Shown here piece after piece: positions 1 to 9,023 of a stretch of 64,000 nucleotides of DNA. A program made the position numbers and the translations under genes. Within the stretch, counting starts at the first letter, position 1; every line of letters begins with the position of its first letter. The notes below the pieces were generated by a model. That model saw only the letters and a list, made by a program, of their open reading frames with translations, had not been told where the DNA came from and did no database searches. This DNA is from an uncultured Spirochaetota bacterium (lineage in GTDB: Bacteria; Spirochaetota; Brevinematia; Brevinematales; JAOACQ01). The stretch covers positions 448,001 through 512,000 of the forward strand of contig CAWIGG010000002.1 of the NCBI GenBank assembly GCA_963835575.1, in the 5' to 3' direction.

Positions 1-1400
1 CTCCTATTTTCCTTTCCGTTGCCACGGTAATTATCGGTTTTCTGGCTATGTACGGGCATCCGCTGAAAAGCATCGCCTATCTGGGATTTTTCAGTGCGTT
101 CGGCATCATTCTTGCTTTTATTCTCACAATAGTGCTGACTCCGTCTATTCTGAGCCTGTTGAAAGCACCCTCTCATCTGCTGAAAGGAAAACACGGAACA
201 ACTATCGATCGGCTGCTCGGACTGATTGCATCATTTATCATACGTTACCGGGTTGCATTAGTTGTCTGTACAATATCCGTTCTGGCTTTGTTTGCCATTT
301 TGATACCACGTGTTGAAGTTGACAATAATGCAATCGATTTTTACAAGCAAAACAATCCTGTAAGGCAGACATTTGAAATGCTTGGCAAAAAATTTTCAGG
401 TGCGGCGTCAATCAGCCTTTTGATTGAATCTAAACATCCGGTCTCAATCGACAGCGCTGAAGACGGCCCGATAAAAAGCCCTGAAATGCTGAAATGGATG
501 GAGCGGCTGCAGGCGTATGCAAAATCTCTCACCAATTCCGCAACCGGTAAACCGATGGTCGGGGATGCCTATTCGCTTGCCGATGAGATTGCTTATCTCA
601 ATTCGGTAATGCAAGGTGATGAATCGAAAAACTTTGTCCCGGACAACAAAAACCTGATCGCGCAATACCTGCTGCTTTTTGAAAGCGCTGGCGGTGGAAA
701 AGACACGGCAACGCTCGTTGATTATAAATATAATAATGCACAGATAATTATTCAAATGCCGGAAATGAGCACGAGTTATGTTAAGACAGTGGTCGATGCC
801 TTGAGAGACTTTATAAAAAAAGATCCGCCCCCTGATGCAGCCGCCTCATTCGGCGGGAACATTATGTACAGTCTGGAACTTTCTCCGATGTTGGTCCAGG
901 GCCAGATTTTCAGTATAATACTCAGCGTTGTCGTGATACTGATCTGTTATATGGTTGTTTTCCGTTCATTCACCGCCGGATTAATAGCGGCGGTGCCGCT
1001 AATCAGTGCGATTCTTTCCGTTTTCGGCGCCATGTCTCTTTTCCATATCAAACTGAATCTGGTTACGGTCATTCTTTCCAGTATTATGATTGGAGCCGGT
1101 ACCGACTATACCGCGTATTTTTTGTGGAGGCTGCGTGAGATGATGCAGCAATTCGGCAATCTTGAAAAGGCCTATCATGCGACTATGACCACGATCGGTA
1201 AAGGTATTGTTTTCAACGGGCTTTCTGTTGTAATCGGATTTGTGGTGTTATTATTCAGCCATTTCCAGCCGGTAATCGATTTTGGATTTCTCATAGCTTC
1301 ATCTATAATGATATGCATTATCGCAGCGCTGACTATAATGCCGGCGGTGATCATTATGATAAAGCCGAAATTTTTAAGCAGAAAGACAGGGGATCGGTAA
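1..1400 (+). CDS. MMPL/RND family transporter, C-terminal part (start lies upstream of window)
   Basis: Many TM helices; GAGTDY motif; closely similar to the C-terminal half of 19679..22159. Confidence 0.9.
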   Translation, partial: PIFLSVATVIIGFLAMYGHPLKSIAYLGFFSAFGIILAFILTIVLTPSILSLLKAPSHLLKGKHGTTIDRLLGLIASFIIRYRVALVVCTISVLALFAILIPRVEVDNNAIDFYKQNNPVRQTFEMLGKKFSGAASISLLIESKHPVSIDSAEDGPIKSPEMLKWMERLQAYAKSLTNSATGKPMVGDAYSLADEIAYLNSVMQGDESKNFVPDNKNLIAQYLLLFESAGGGKDTATLVDYKYNNAQIIIQMPEMSTSYVKTVVDALRDFIKKDPPPDAAASFGGNIMYSLELSPMLVQGQIFSIILSVVVILICYMVVFRSFTAGLIAAVPLISAILSVFGAMSLFHIKLNLVTVILSSIMIGAGTDYTAYFLWRLREMMQQFGNLEKAYHATMTTIGKGIVFNGLSVVIGFVVLLFSHFQPVIDFGFLIASSIMICIIAALTIMPAVIIMIKPKFLSRKTGDR

Positions 1401-1458
1401 TATCACAGGTTTTACAAAAAATTAAACATTGGGAAATAGTCTTTAAAAATAAATTACG

Positions 1459-1493
1459 AAAAAAAAGCGTCCGTTTTTGATAAACGGACGCTT
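1459..1493. terminator. Intrinsic terminator-like hairpin
   Basis: AAGCGTCCGTTT / AAACGGACGCTT stem with an A-tract on the left (U-tract on minus strand). Confidence 0.6.
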
Positions 1494-1724
1494 CATATAT
1501 TCTTCCCCAGTTGGTGTCTCAAAACGTACTTTTGTGAGACGTTATAAAGCTTGAAATGAAGCGTAAGCTAAAATCCATATCAAAATAAGCCTTCTTATAG
1601 CATTGTTAAGAAAACACTTGACAATTGCTCTGTATGAACCTATCATAAATCCTTAGCGTACTATTTTGCCCGAATCCCCTGATCAGCCCTTATTTGACTA
1701 TTATATTTAAAATTTAATATAGTA

Positions 1725-3300
1725 CCTAAATTCCCAGAGTTCCGCGATTTCCGCTTGAAATCAGCCTTGCGCGGCACTGCTTGGCATCGGTTTATCATCC
1801 CAGTCTCGCGGCTGCTGCAATTACAAGCCTTGGCGATGCCTGAATACTCGTAAATCCACAAATTCCGCTGCTCCGGGCGCAACACACCCTTGTGGCGGCC
1901 TTCACATCATCCGGTTGGGAACTCGCTATATCTGCAGCTCACATAAGTGGCAGTAAAATTTCCGCCACCGGTCCTTATCCGCAAAATAACGGCTCAACAC
2001 CAGTTTTACCTGATGGCCCTGTCTCACGATTTTCCCCGCAACCCGAATAAACCACGCCCGGAATGTTTCCGGTTCTTCCCGGTGACTTTTCCGGTCAACC
2101 AGATACCGCATCCAGATTCCAACGTTATACGCCAGCACGCTGCAGCTCCACAGAAAATCATTCACCCAGAAATCTTGCGTCAGAAGCATCCCGGCGAACA
2201 TCTGCTGCTTCACGGCTTCGATCCAGTTTTCACACGTACCCCGGTCACCGTAAAATTTATGGCCCTGCCAAGGTTTCAAACGCATATTCGTACAATAGCA
2301 AAAATAGTCATAAACCGCTTTCGGGAATACCAGCCCTTCCGTTTCTATCCGGATCAGCTTTCTGACAGCTATGAACCGCCTCACATGTTTCCATCCATGC
2401 GCCCGGTACTCAAATTCCGCCTGTTCCCAGCCGCTTCGATCCGGAACCGCTGTCCAACCCCTGTTTTCCAGAAACGCCGCGAGGTTTTTCATTTTGGCTT
2501 TGACCAGAAAAAAAGCCCCTTTCATTTCTTCGATGACATCGAAAATCCTTCCGTCGAAAAATCCGCTGTCCATCCGGAACACAAGTTTTTTCCAGCCGGT
2601 ATGGAGTATTCCGTAAATGTGCCGGATAAATTCAGGCGCGTTATTCGCTGTGTAAGCGTCGCCCGGCCTGAAATAGGAGAGAATACATTCCCTTGTGCTG
2701 TTCAGGAATGCCAGAAGCGGATGATAGCTCTTCGCTCCCTTTTTATGCGGATTGTAGCCTGCCGCCGCTCCTTCCTGGCTTCCGTAAACCGTCTTGACGG
2801 TCGAATCGCAGTCCACGATTTTCGTTTTTACCCGGAACTTCGCGTGGACTTTGCGGGAAAGCTTTCCGTTCAACTCATTCATCGCGTAAGATTCTTTCAT
2901 ACCAACGTTTTCAATCCGCTTGATGATCGTAGAATCACTGATCGGCCCTTTCAAGCCCAGAGCTGCCCGGAACAATGGATCTTCAGTAAAATTCTCGACC
3001 TTCTTGATCCGGTTATACCCTGCCATCAGCGCGCACACGATTCCCGTAATAATTTGCCCGAACGAGAATTTCTGGTTACAATATTCCCGCACTGGAATAA
3101 ATTTTTTGAGCAACTGATTGAACCCAATCTTTTTCAAAAATACCAGCACGGGATAAATCCCGCTCACGCTGCTCAAATCCTGCGCCGTAAAACCAACTTT
3201 GATGTTTTTCACCATTTGGGTGCTCCTTCTGTTGTTTTGTAAAGCAATATATTATAACAGATTGGGGCCCCATTTGGTATTTTTACTTTGGGAATTTAGG
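1725..3300 (-). mobile_element. IS1380 family element
   Basis: Terminal IRs CCTAAATTCCCAGAGT / ACTTTGGGAATTTAGG (15/16); 5-bp TSD TAGTA at 1720-1724 and 3301-3305. Confidence 0.93.
1926..3215 (-). CDS. IS1380 family DDE transposase
   Basis: DCDSTV..YG.QEGA..GYNP, RMDSGFF and RG.CENWI.AVK motifs, ISEcp1-like. Confidence 0.93.
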   Translation of the reverse strand: MVKNIKVGFTAQDLSSVSGIYPVLVFLKKIGFNQLLKKFIPVREYCNQKFSFGQIITGIVCALMAGYNRIKKVENFTEDPLFRAALGLKGPISDSTIIKRIENVGMKESYAMNELNGKLSRKVHAKFRVKTKIVDCDSTVKTVYGSQEGAAAGYNPHKKGAKSYHPLLAFLNSTRECILSYFRPGDAYTANNAPEFIRHIYGILHTGWKKLVFRMDSGFFDGRIFDVIEEMKGAFFLVKAKMKNLAAFLENRGWTAVPDRSGWEQAEFEYRAHGWKHVRRFIAVRKLIRIETEGLVFPKAVYDYFCYCTNMRLKPWQGHKFYGDRGTCENWIEAVKQQMFAGMLLTQDFWVNDFLWSCSVLAYNVGIWMRYLVDRKSHREEPETFRAWFIRVAGKIVRQGHQVKLVLSRYFADKDRWRKFYCHLCELQI

Positions 3301-3355
3301 TAGTATTATTATTTATAGATAATCGAGGATTAAAGGATAAATTAAGGGGGATTTA

Positions 3356-3574
3356 ATGGCTGATTGTCAAAGTTTAGTTGCCTGTCCGTTTTTTAATGAC
3401 AAAATGGCAAACATGCCTACTATTGCCGGATTGATGAAGAGACATAAATGCCAAGGATATTTCGAGGATTGCGCCCGTTATATGGTTAAATCTAAAAAAG
3501 GAAAGGAAATGGTGCCGGACAATCTTTTCCCAAACCAGAAAGAACGGGCTCTGCAGATTATAAATGAGCCGTAG
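3356..3574 (+). CDS. Small Cys-containing hypothetical protein (72 aa)
   Basis: AAGGGG RBS; C-x5-CPFF...C-x6-CARY...VP.NLFPN pattern. Confidence 0.75.
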   Translation: MADCQSLVACPFFNDKMANMPTIAGLMKRHKCQGYFEDCARYMVKSKKGKEMVPDNLFPNQKERALQIINEP

Positions 3575-3628
3575 TTCAGCGCTCGTGAATTTTATTATTA
3601 TTGAGAAACAACGCTTTTTTGCTGATAA

Positions 3629-4402
3629 TTAGTTGGGTTTATTTTCTGCGTTGAGCAGCAGCTCTTTGACCCTTTTAACATTATCCTGGGCTGTGGTAAA
3701 AGCAGGATAATATTTAACTGAAATCTGGAAATATTTATAAGCTGTGGGAATGTCATGAAGGCCTTCATATGAAATGCCGAGATTGTTATAATAAATGCTT
3801 TTGGACGCCGGGCCTTCATTGGACGAAAAGAAGATCGCGGCCTTGAAAGCGGCCTCGGCCTGGTTGAAATTGGAAAGCTTGAGAAGGATCAGGCCGATCC
3901 TATTGTAGATTTCAGGATCGCTGGGCAGTAGCATTAAAGCGAACTGGTAGGAAATGAGAGCATTCTGGAAATCGCCCAGATATTTATTTTCATCGCCGAC
4001 GATCAGGCACCAGTTAACGGTACGGCCTATGTTCTGGATGGCTTTGAGCGCGGTTTTAAGCCGTTCTTTATGCTTGCCCTGGTTATTGTAGTAGCGGATA
4101 AGGCGGTTGTAAAGCTCGGCGCTTTTCGGATTGGCTTCTATCGCTGTCAGGAGTCTTGTTTCTTCGGTCCGGACCGGGGGCTCTTTATTTACGGCGGGTT
4201 TGGAAGAAGCCTCCTGAATATTGGTGTTTTCAGCGTTCTGGTCGGCTTTTTTTTCACCGGTTTCCGACAAACCTGTATCATCTTTTTTATTATCCTGAAC
4301 GGCGGGTTCAGAACTGATTTGAGAAGCAGCGGAATTAGACTCCTGTGAAAAGACAAGCGCGCTGAAAAATAATAAAACGATAAAAAAGTATATTTTTTTC
4401 AT
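3629..4402 (-). CDS. Exported tetratricopeptide repeat protein
   Basis: Signal peptide, low-complexity linker, TPR motifs (YNRIG, YYNNLGISY). Confidence 0.85.
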   Translation of the reverse strand: MKKIYFFIVLLFFSALVFSQESNSAASQISSEPAVQDNKKDDTGLSETGEKKADQNAENTNIQEASSKPAVNKEPPVRTEETRLLTAIEANPKSAELYNRLIRYYNNQGKHKERLKTALKAIQNIGRTVNWCLIVGDENKYLGDFQNALISYQFALMLLPSDPEIYNRIGLILLKLSNFNQAEAAFKAAIFFSSNEGPASKSIYYNNLGISYEGLHDIPTAYKYFQISVKYYPAFTTAQDNVKRVKELLLNAENKPN

Positions 4403-4427
4403 AACCAGCTCCCCAACAATATTTTTA

Positions 4428-4511
4428 TGCCGAAGAGGGGACTTGAACCCCTACGAGATTACTCCCACTGGATTTTGAGTCCAGCGCGTCTGCCAGTTCC
4501 GCCACTTCGGC
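4428..4511 (-). tRNA. tRNA-Leu(CAA)
   Basis: Cloverleaf with long variable arm; anticodon loop CT-CAA-AA; GGTTCAAGTC T arm. Confidence 0.95.
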
Positions 4512-4512
4512 T

Positions 4513-5781
4513 TTATTTTGTTTTAATCAACGGCAATTTCGCTTTGGATTTAAATTGCGCTTTATTCATAAGGAACTGCAGAGCGGCGTCCATTTTAGCC
4601 GCTTCCAGGACATTCTCCCATTCTTCGCGGCTTGATTTCTGCTTGAATTCATCAAGGCTCTGATCGTGTTCCTTGGCATGCGAACGCGCGATCCTGTCGA
4701 TCAGCGCCTGGTCGGGCTTGATGGAATTCTTTTCCGCTATTTCCTTTGTCGCGAAATAAAATACGATGTTTTCATAGGTCCTGTCCAGAAGCCCGGAAAA
4801 ATCCTCCCTGATTTTTGATTCTGAAATCAGGTTTTTTAGTGAAATTTCCGTTATGTAAAAATTATTTTCGATAAATTTATTGATTTCCTCTTTAGAGCTT
4901 CTGAGAAACTCAGACTTCGGAAATTGGACCTTCGCGTTTCCGGCAAAGAAAGAAGCCAGCGAATTTTTCTTGTTCATTCCATTCAGGCCGGTAATCGTCT
5001 GCTCAAATCTTTTTTTGACGGAATCGCGGTATTCTTCGGCGGTTTTGAAGGGCGAGACTTCCTTGACAAGATCGTCTGTCAGGTTCTGAGCGGCGGGCCG
5101 CTCGACTTTAGTTATTTCGGCCTCTATAACATCGTTGTCGGTATTTCCCATAAAATCGGCCACATAGGAATCCAGGTCGTTAAAATCTAATTTTACTTTG
5201 TCGCCTGTCTTTTTTCCGGTAAGCGCTCTGACAATCTTGCTGGACAGTACCGCTTCCTTTTCTCCTTTATAACCATCGTTCAAAACCTGAATGGTGACGG
5301 TATCGTCTTCCTCAATTTTGCCTTTTACCGTTTCCAGGCTGCTGATGTCCTTCTGTATTGTCTGGTCGACCATTTTATCGTCGAAGTAGTATTCATCATA
5401 TTCTAGGACAAGATTATCGATATCGATATTCTGGACCACCCGGGGAACAACCTCAAAAACGAGCGAGAAGGAAAAAGGCTGGTCCTTGGAAAGGTTTTTA
5501 AAGGGTTTGAAACGCGGCTCCGAGTAAAGATAAACGCCATCGGCATGAAGCCTGTCGGCCGTCTGGACCACCATGGAGCGGATGATCTCATTCATCAGAT
5601 CATCAGAAAAATTCTTTTCGATTATATCAAACGGCACTTTCCCGACGCGGTAGCCGGGGAACTGCGCTTTTTTCTGAATGGAAAGAAAAGCTTCTTCATA
5701 GGCTTTATTGACTTCTCCGATTTCGAAATTGACAAACACCTGCCTGAGGCAGTCTTCATATTCTTTGACAAACAACTTCAT
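4513..5781 (-). CDS. tig: Trigger factor
   Basis: PGYRVGKVP ribosome-binding signature; 422 aa; follows tRNA cluster. Confidence 0.9.
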   Translation of the reverse strand: MKLFVKEYEDCLRQVFVNFEIGEVNKAYEEAFLSIQKKAQFPGYRVGKVPFDIIEKNFSDDLMNEIIRSMVVQTADRLHADGVYLYSEPRFKPFKNLSKDQPFSFSLVFEVVPRVVQNIDIDNLVLEYDEYYFDDKMVDQTIQKDISSLETVKGKIEEDDTVTIQVLNDGYKGEKEAVLSSKIVRALTGKKTGDKVKLDFNDLDSYVADFMGNTDNDVIEAEITKVERPAAQNLTDDLVKEVSPFKTAEEYRDSVKKRFEQTITGLNGMNKKNSLASFFAGNAKVQFPKSEFLRSSKEEINKFIENNFYITEISLKNLISESKIREDFSGLLDRTYENIVFYFATKEIAEKNSIKPDQALIDRIARSHAKEHDQSLDEFKQKSSREEWENVLEAAKMDAALQFLMNKAQFKSKAKLPLIKTK

Positions 5782-5827
5782 TTTAAGATTTACTCCTTAA
5801 TAGATTGGGAAAAATTATAAAAAAAAT

Positions 5828-5900
5828 AGCGGGAAACGGGATTTGAACCCGCGACATCTACCTTGGCAAGGTAGCGCTCTACCAACTGAGCTATTCCCGC
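5828..5900 (-). tRNA. tRNA-Gly(GCC)
   Basis: GCGGGAATAGCTCAGTTGGTAGAGC; anticodon GCC. Confidence 0.95.
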
Positions 5901-6014
5901 ATATCTTATTACCTTAGATAAAAACGCGCCCTGTCTTATTAAAGACCAGGCGAACCGTCAGAGTTGCACCTTTTGAGGCACGCCTTTTGAGATGCAGCTC
6001 TGAGGCACACCTCT

Positions 6015-6096
6015 TGCGAGTAGAGGGACTTGAACCCACACGCGTTACCGCACCAGATCCTAAGTCTGGCGTGTCTGCCAATTCCACCATACTCGC
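6015..6096 (-). tRNA. tRNA-Leu(TAG)
   Basis: Anticodon loop CT-TAG-GA; long variable arm. Confidence 0.95.
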
Positions 6097-6140
6097 ATTT
6101 TGACAGGCTTAATGCCGGCTTTTAGACCTGCCCAGGCATT

Positions 6141-6213
<73 letters not shown>

Positions 6214-6234
6214 GTTTTATTTATTCTCGACCTC

Positions 6235-6308
6235 TGCGCCCGGCAGGACTCGAACCTGCGGCCTTCGGATTCGAAGTCCACTGCTCTATCCACCTGAGCT
6301 ACGAGCGC
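6235..6308 (-). tRNA. tRNA-Arg(TCG)
   Basis: Anticodon loop CT-TCG-AA. Confidence 0.93.
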
Positions 6309-6382
6309 TCATCCCCTTCTTATAAACATTATGTCTACCCGAGGGTGCTCCTTTGAAGCGAGCTTCCAGAGGCAAGCAAACT

Positions 6383-6457
6383 GGGTGGACAATGGGATTT
6401 GAACCCACAGCCCCCGGTGCCACAGACCGGTGCTCTAACCGTTGAGCTATGTCCACC
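6383..6457 (-). tRNA. tRNA-His(GTG)
   Basis: Anticodon loop CT-GTG-GC; G at -1 position. Confidence 0.94.
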
Positions 6458-6463
6458 AGGTAC

Positions 6464-6537
6464 TGCGCCTGACAGGAGTCGAACCTGTGGCCCACAGCTT
6501 AGAAGGCTGTTGCTCTATCCAGCTGAGCTACAGGCGC
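6464..6537 (-). tRNA. tRNA-Arg(TCT)
   Basis: Anticodon loop CT-TCT-AA. Confidence 0.95.
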
Positions 6538-6541
6538 TCAT

Positions 6542-6616
6542 TCGGGGCGAGAAGATTTGAACTTCCGGCCCCCTGCTCCCAAGGCAGGTGCGCTAACCAA
6601 ACTGCGCTACACCCCG
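6542..6616 (-). tRNA. tRNA-Pro(TGG)
   Basis: CGGGGTGTAGCGCAG; anticodon loop CT-TGG-GA. Confidence 0.95.
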
Positions 6617-6652
6617 AAAACAACAAACCTTTAACACTTTTTTGGGAGAAAT

Positions 6653-6681
6653 ATTTTAATCGATTTTTTTGCCCCTGTCAA
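6653..6681 (-). promoter_or_regulatory. Sigma70 promoter of the tRNA/tig operon
   Basis: TTGACA-17 bp-TAAAAT on minus strand. Confidence 0.75.
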
Positions 6682-6853
6682 ATTTTGAAATGCTTTAATA
6701 TGGATTTGAATGGTTTTAAATTGAGCTGTTATTTAAACAAAAGCTTATATTTGCTAAAGATAAAAAAATAAATTGTTCATTTCAGGATGGTTGACAATTT
6801 TAAAGATTACAGTTATATTTTAAGATATTATAAAAAGAAAAAAAGGGGGGGGT

Positions 6854-6985
6854 ATGCCTCTTTATGTTATGATCATAGCGTCTCTCGGAATCGCGATATG
6901 TGTTTATGGAATTATATCAAAAATCATAGAAATTACAACCGACAGAGCATTAGATAAATACTTCCATAAAACACATACAAGATAA
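6854..6985 (+). CDS. Putative small membrane peptide (43 aa)
   Basis: G-rich RBS; hydrophobic N-half MPLYVMIIASLGIAICVYGII; TAATG coupling to next ORF. Confidence 0.45.
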   Translation: MPLYVMIIASLGIAICVYGIISKIIEITTDRALDKYFHKTHTR

Positions 6986-7158
6986 TGAAGAAATTACTTG
7001 ACCGGTTTGTTTTAATTTTATTTTTTTCAATACTTTCTTTACTTATTATGTTATTATTAACTTATTCAAAGAGCGATATGGTTAAAGATTTATTAATAAC
7101 ATTTATCAGCATATTTTCGTTTTTGATTTTAATTTATGATAAATTGCTTAATAAATAA
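6985..7158 (+). CDS. Putative small two-TM peptide (57 aa)
   Basis: MKKLLDRFVLILFFSILSLLIMLLLTYS...; overlaps previous stop. Confidence 0.45.
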   Translation: MKKLLDRFVLILFFSILSLLIMLLLTYSKSDMVKDLLITFISIFSFLILIYDKLLNK

Positions 7159-7292
7159 AATAATTTACAGTTATGTTTTTAATTTCCAAAATTCTTATCT
7201 AAATAATTCTAAAAATTAAATCTCATCTTATAATATTTATTGGACAGAATTCAGTCACAGGAATTGATTTATCATTTATTGAGGAGCCGGTA

Positions 7293-7899
7293 ATGATAGA
7301 AATAAAAACTTTGAAGATTCAATTTCCATCCAATAAACGCCTCAATATCGGCAATATTATTATAGCTGAAAAAGGCTCGTTCCTGATCTTCGGCGGCAAC
7401 GGGAGCGGAAAGACAACCCTGGTCCGCTGTATACTCGGACTTTATCAGGATTACAAAGGCAGTATCCTGCTGGACGGCAGGGACGCGAAAAGCCTCGGGC
7501 GGAAGGAGATCGCCGCTTTTATTTCCTACCTGCCGCAGACGGGCGGCGCCGATACGGATTTTACCGTTGAGGATTTTATCCGGCAGGGGCTTTATGCCGT
7601 TCAAAATGATTATATGGACGAGGTAGTCGATATTCTACGGTTAAAACCCTATCTGAAAAGGCGCTATTCGGAACTGAGCGGCGGCGAGAAACAGCTCTCG
7701 CGTATCGCCCGGGCGATGGCCGCGGACGTGAAATACAGCTTTCTGGACGAGCCCGACGCATTCCTCAGCAAAAAAAAACAGGGAGCTTCTGTTTGACCTG
7801 ATCGACTGGTTCGCTAAAAGGCGGAGCGTTGTGATCATATCACATGCGGATATACAGGGGAGGAAGAAGCCGGAGACGCTGCTGGAACTGGAGGAGTGA
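7293..7899 (+). CDS. ABC transporter ATP-binding protein, frameshifted at A9 run 7770-7778
   Basis: GGNGSGKT, LSGGEKQ, FLDEP; H-loop VVIISH lies in the shifted frame ending at TGA 7897-7899. Confidence 0.85.
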
Positions 7900-8209
7900 A
7901 ATTTGCCACGGAGACAGAGTACACAGAGGTCTGGGTTGATATTGGTGTGTCCGGTGATTAGTGGCGCTTTATGGCGGATTTACAGGCATTTATTATAATA
8001 GACTGTAATGGAAAAAAAACAGGAAGCCGGGAAGGCTTGAAGAACTACGAAGGAAAGGAACGGAAACCGCAAATGGACGCGAATAAACGCGAATGGGAAT
8101 TGCGGGTGATGCGTGAGTTTTTGGGTGTCTTTTGAATTAAACGGAACGAAAACGGTGCATTATTGTCAGGAATTCGATGTCTGATAACGATAGGACAGCC
8201 ATAGAAAGG

Positions 8210-8237
8210 GTAGAGACGCGCGGCGTGCGTCTCCCGT
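8210..8237. repeat. GTAG-type REP upstream of RAYT 1
   Basis: GTAGAGACGCGCGGCGTGCGTCTC palindrome. Confidence 0.85.
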
Positions 8238-8246
8238 AAATTATAT

Positions 8247-8894
8247 ATGGCATTATTTAAAAACAAATACCGGATTGAATCGAACCGGCGGAAAGGGTGG
8301 GATTATTCAGGTCCGGGATATTATTTTGTAACCATTTGCGTAAAAAACAGGGAATTTTTATTCGGACAAATACAGGATGGGGAAATGATGTTGTCGGAAA
8401 CCGGGGAAATTGTACAAAAAATATGGAATGAGATACCTGATCATTTTGATAACGCGGGATTGGATTGTTTTATTATAATGCCCAATCATATACATGGAAT
8501 TATAACAATAGAAGAGACGTTTTGCCGTAGAGACGTTGTATGCAACGTCTCTACGGGGGCGGTTAATATGGGGGATAATACGAGGGGTAATGCGGTGTCA
8601 GATAATGCGGGGATGGAAAATACGGGGACGGGGATAACGATGGCGGGAATATCGCCGAAAACGGGATCATTGTCCGTGGTATTGCGGTCATTTAAATCCG
8701 CGGCGACGAAACGGATCAATGAATCCCGAAAAACACCGGGCGAAACAATATGGCAATCCCGGTATTACGACCATATTATCCGGGACAGACGGGAATTAAA
8801 ACGGGTGCGTGAATATATCTCGAACAATCCCCAAAATTGGGCGAATGACGAAATGTACGGCAATACAGCCGTTTCATTGACCGGGACAGAATAA
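8247..8894 (+). CDS. REP-associated tyrosine transposase (RAYT, Y1 HUH)
   Basis: R..GWDYS.PG.YFVTIC, MPNHIH, WQSRYYDHIIR, YI.NNP motifs. Confidence 0.92.
   Translation: MALFKNKYRIESNRRKGWDYSGPGYYFVTICVKNREFLFGQIQDGEMMLSETGEIVQKIWNEIPDHFDNAGLDCFIIMPNHIHGIITIEETFCRRDVVCNVSTGAVNMGDNTRGNAVSDNAGMENTGTGITMAGISPKTGSLSVVLRSFKSAATKRINESRKTPGETIWQSRYYDHIIRDRRELKRVREYISNNPQNWANDEMYGNTAVSLTGTE
8527..8554. repeat. GTAG-type REP inside RAYT 1 coding sequence
   Basis: GTAGAGACGTTGTATGCAACGTCTCTAC. Confidence 0.9.
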
Positions 8895-8925
8895 AACCCG
8901 CGGTGTATAAAAACGTACCGCGATC

Positions 8926-8951
8926 GTAGAGACGCTGCATTGCAACGTCTC
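8926..8951. repeat. GTAG-type REP downstream of RAYT 1
   Basis: GTAGAGACGCTGCATTGCAACGTCTC. Confidence 0.85.
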
Positions 8952-9023
8952 AAAAATGAAACGTTTTTAAAACAGGGTTAGATAAACAATAAAAAAGAAC
9001 ATAAAACAAACAGGAGACGCAAA

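Noticed and set aside
1947..3242. 431-aa ORF antisense to the IS1380 transposase
   Set aside because: Shadow ORF with no recognisable motifs; the opposite strand is a clear transposase.
5925..6014. Short TTTGAGGCAC-like repeats between tRNA-Gly and tRNA-Leu
   Set aside because: Too short and degenerate to support a tRNA remnant or element; may be spacer processing structure.
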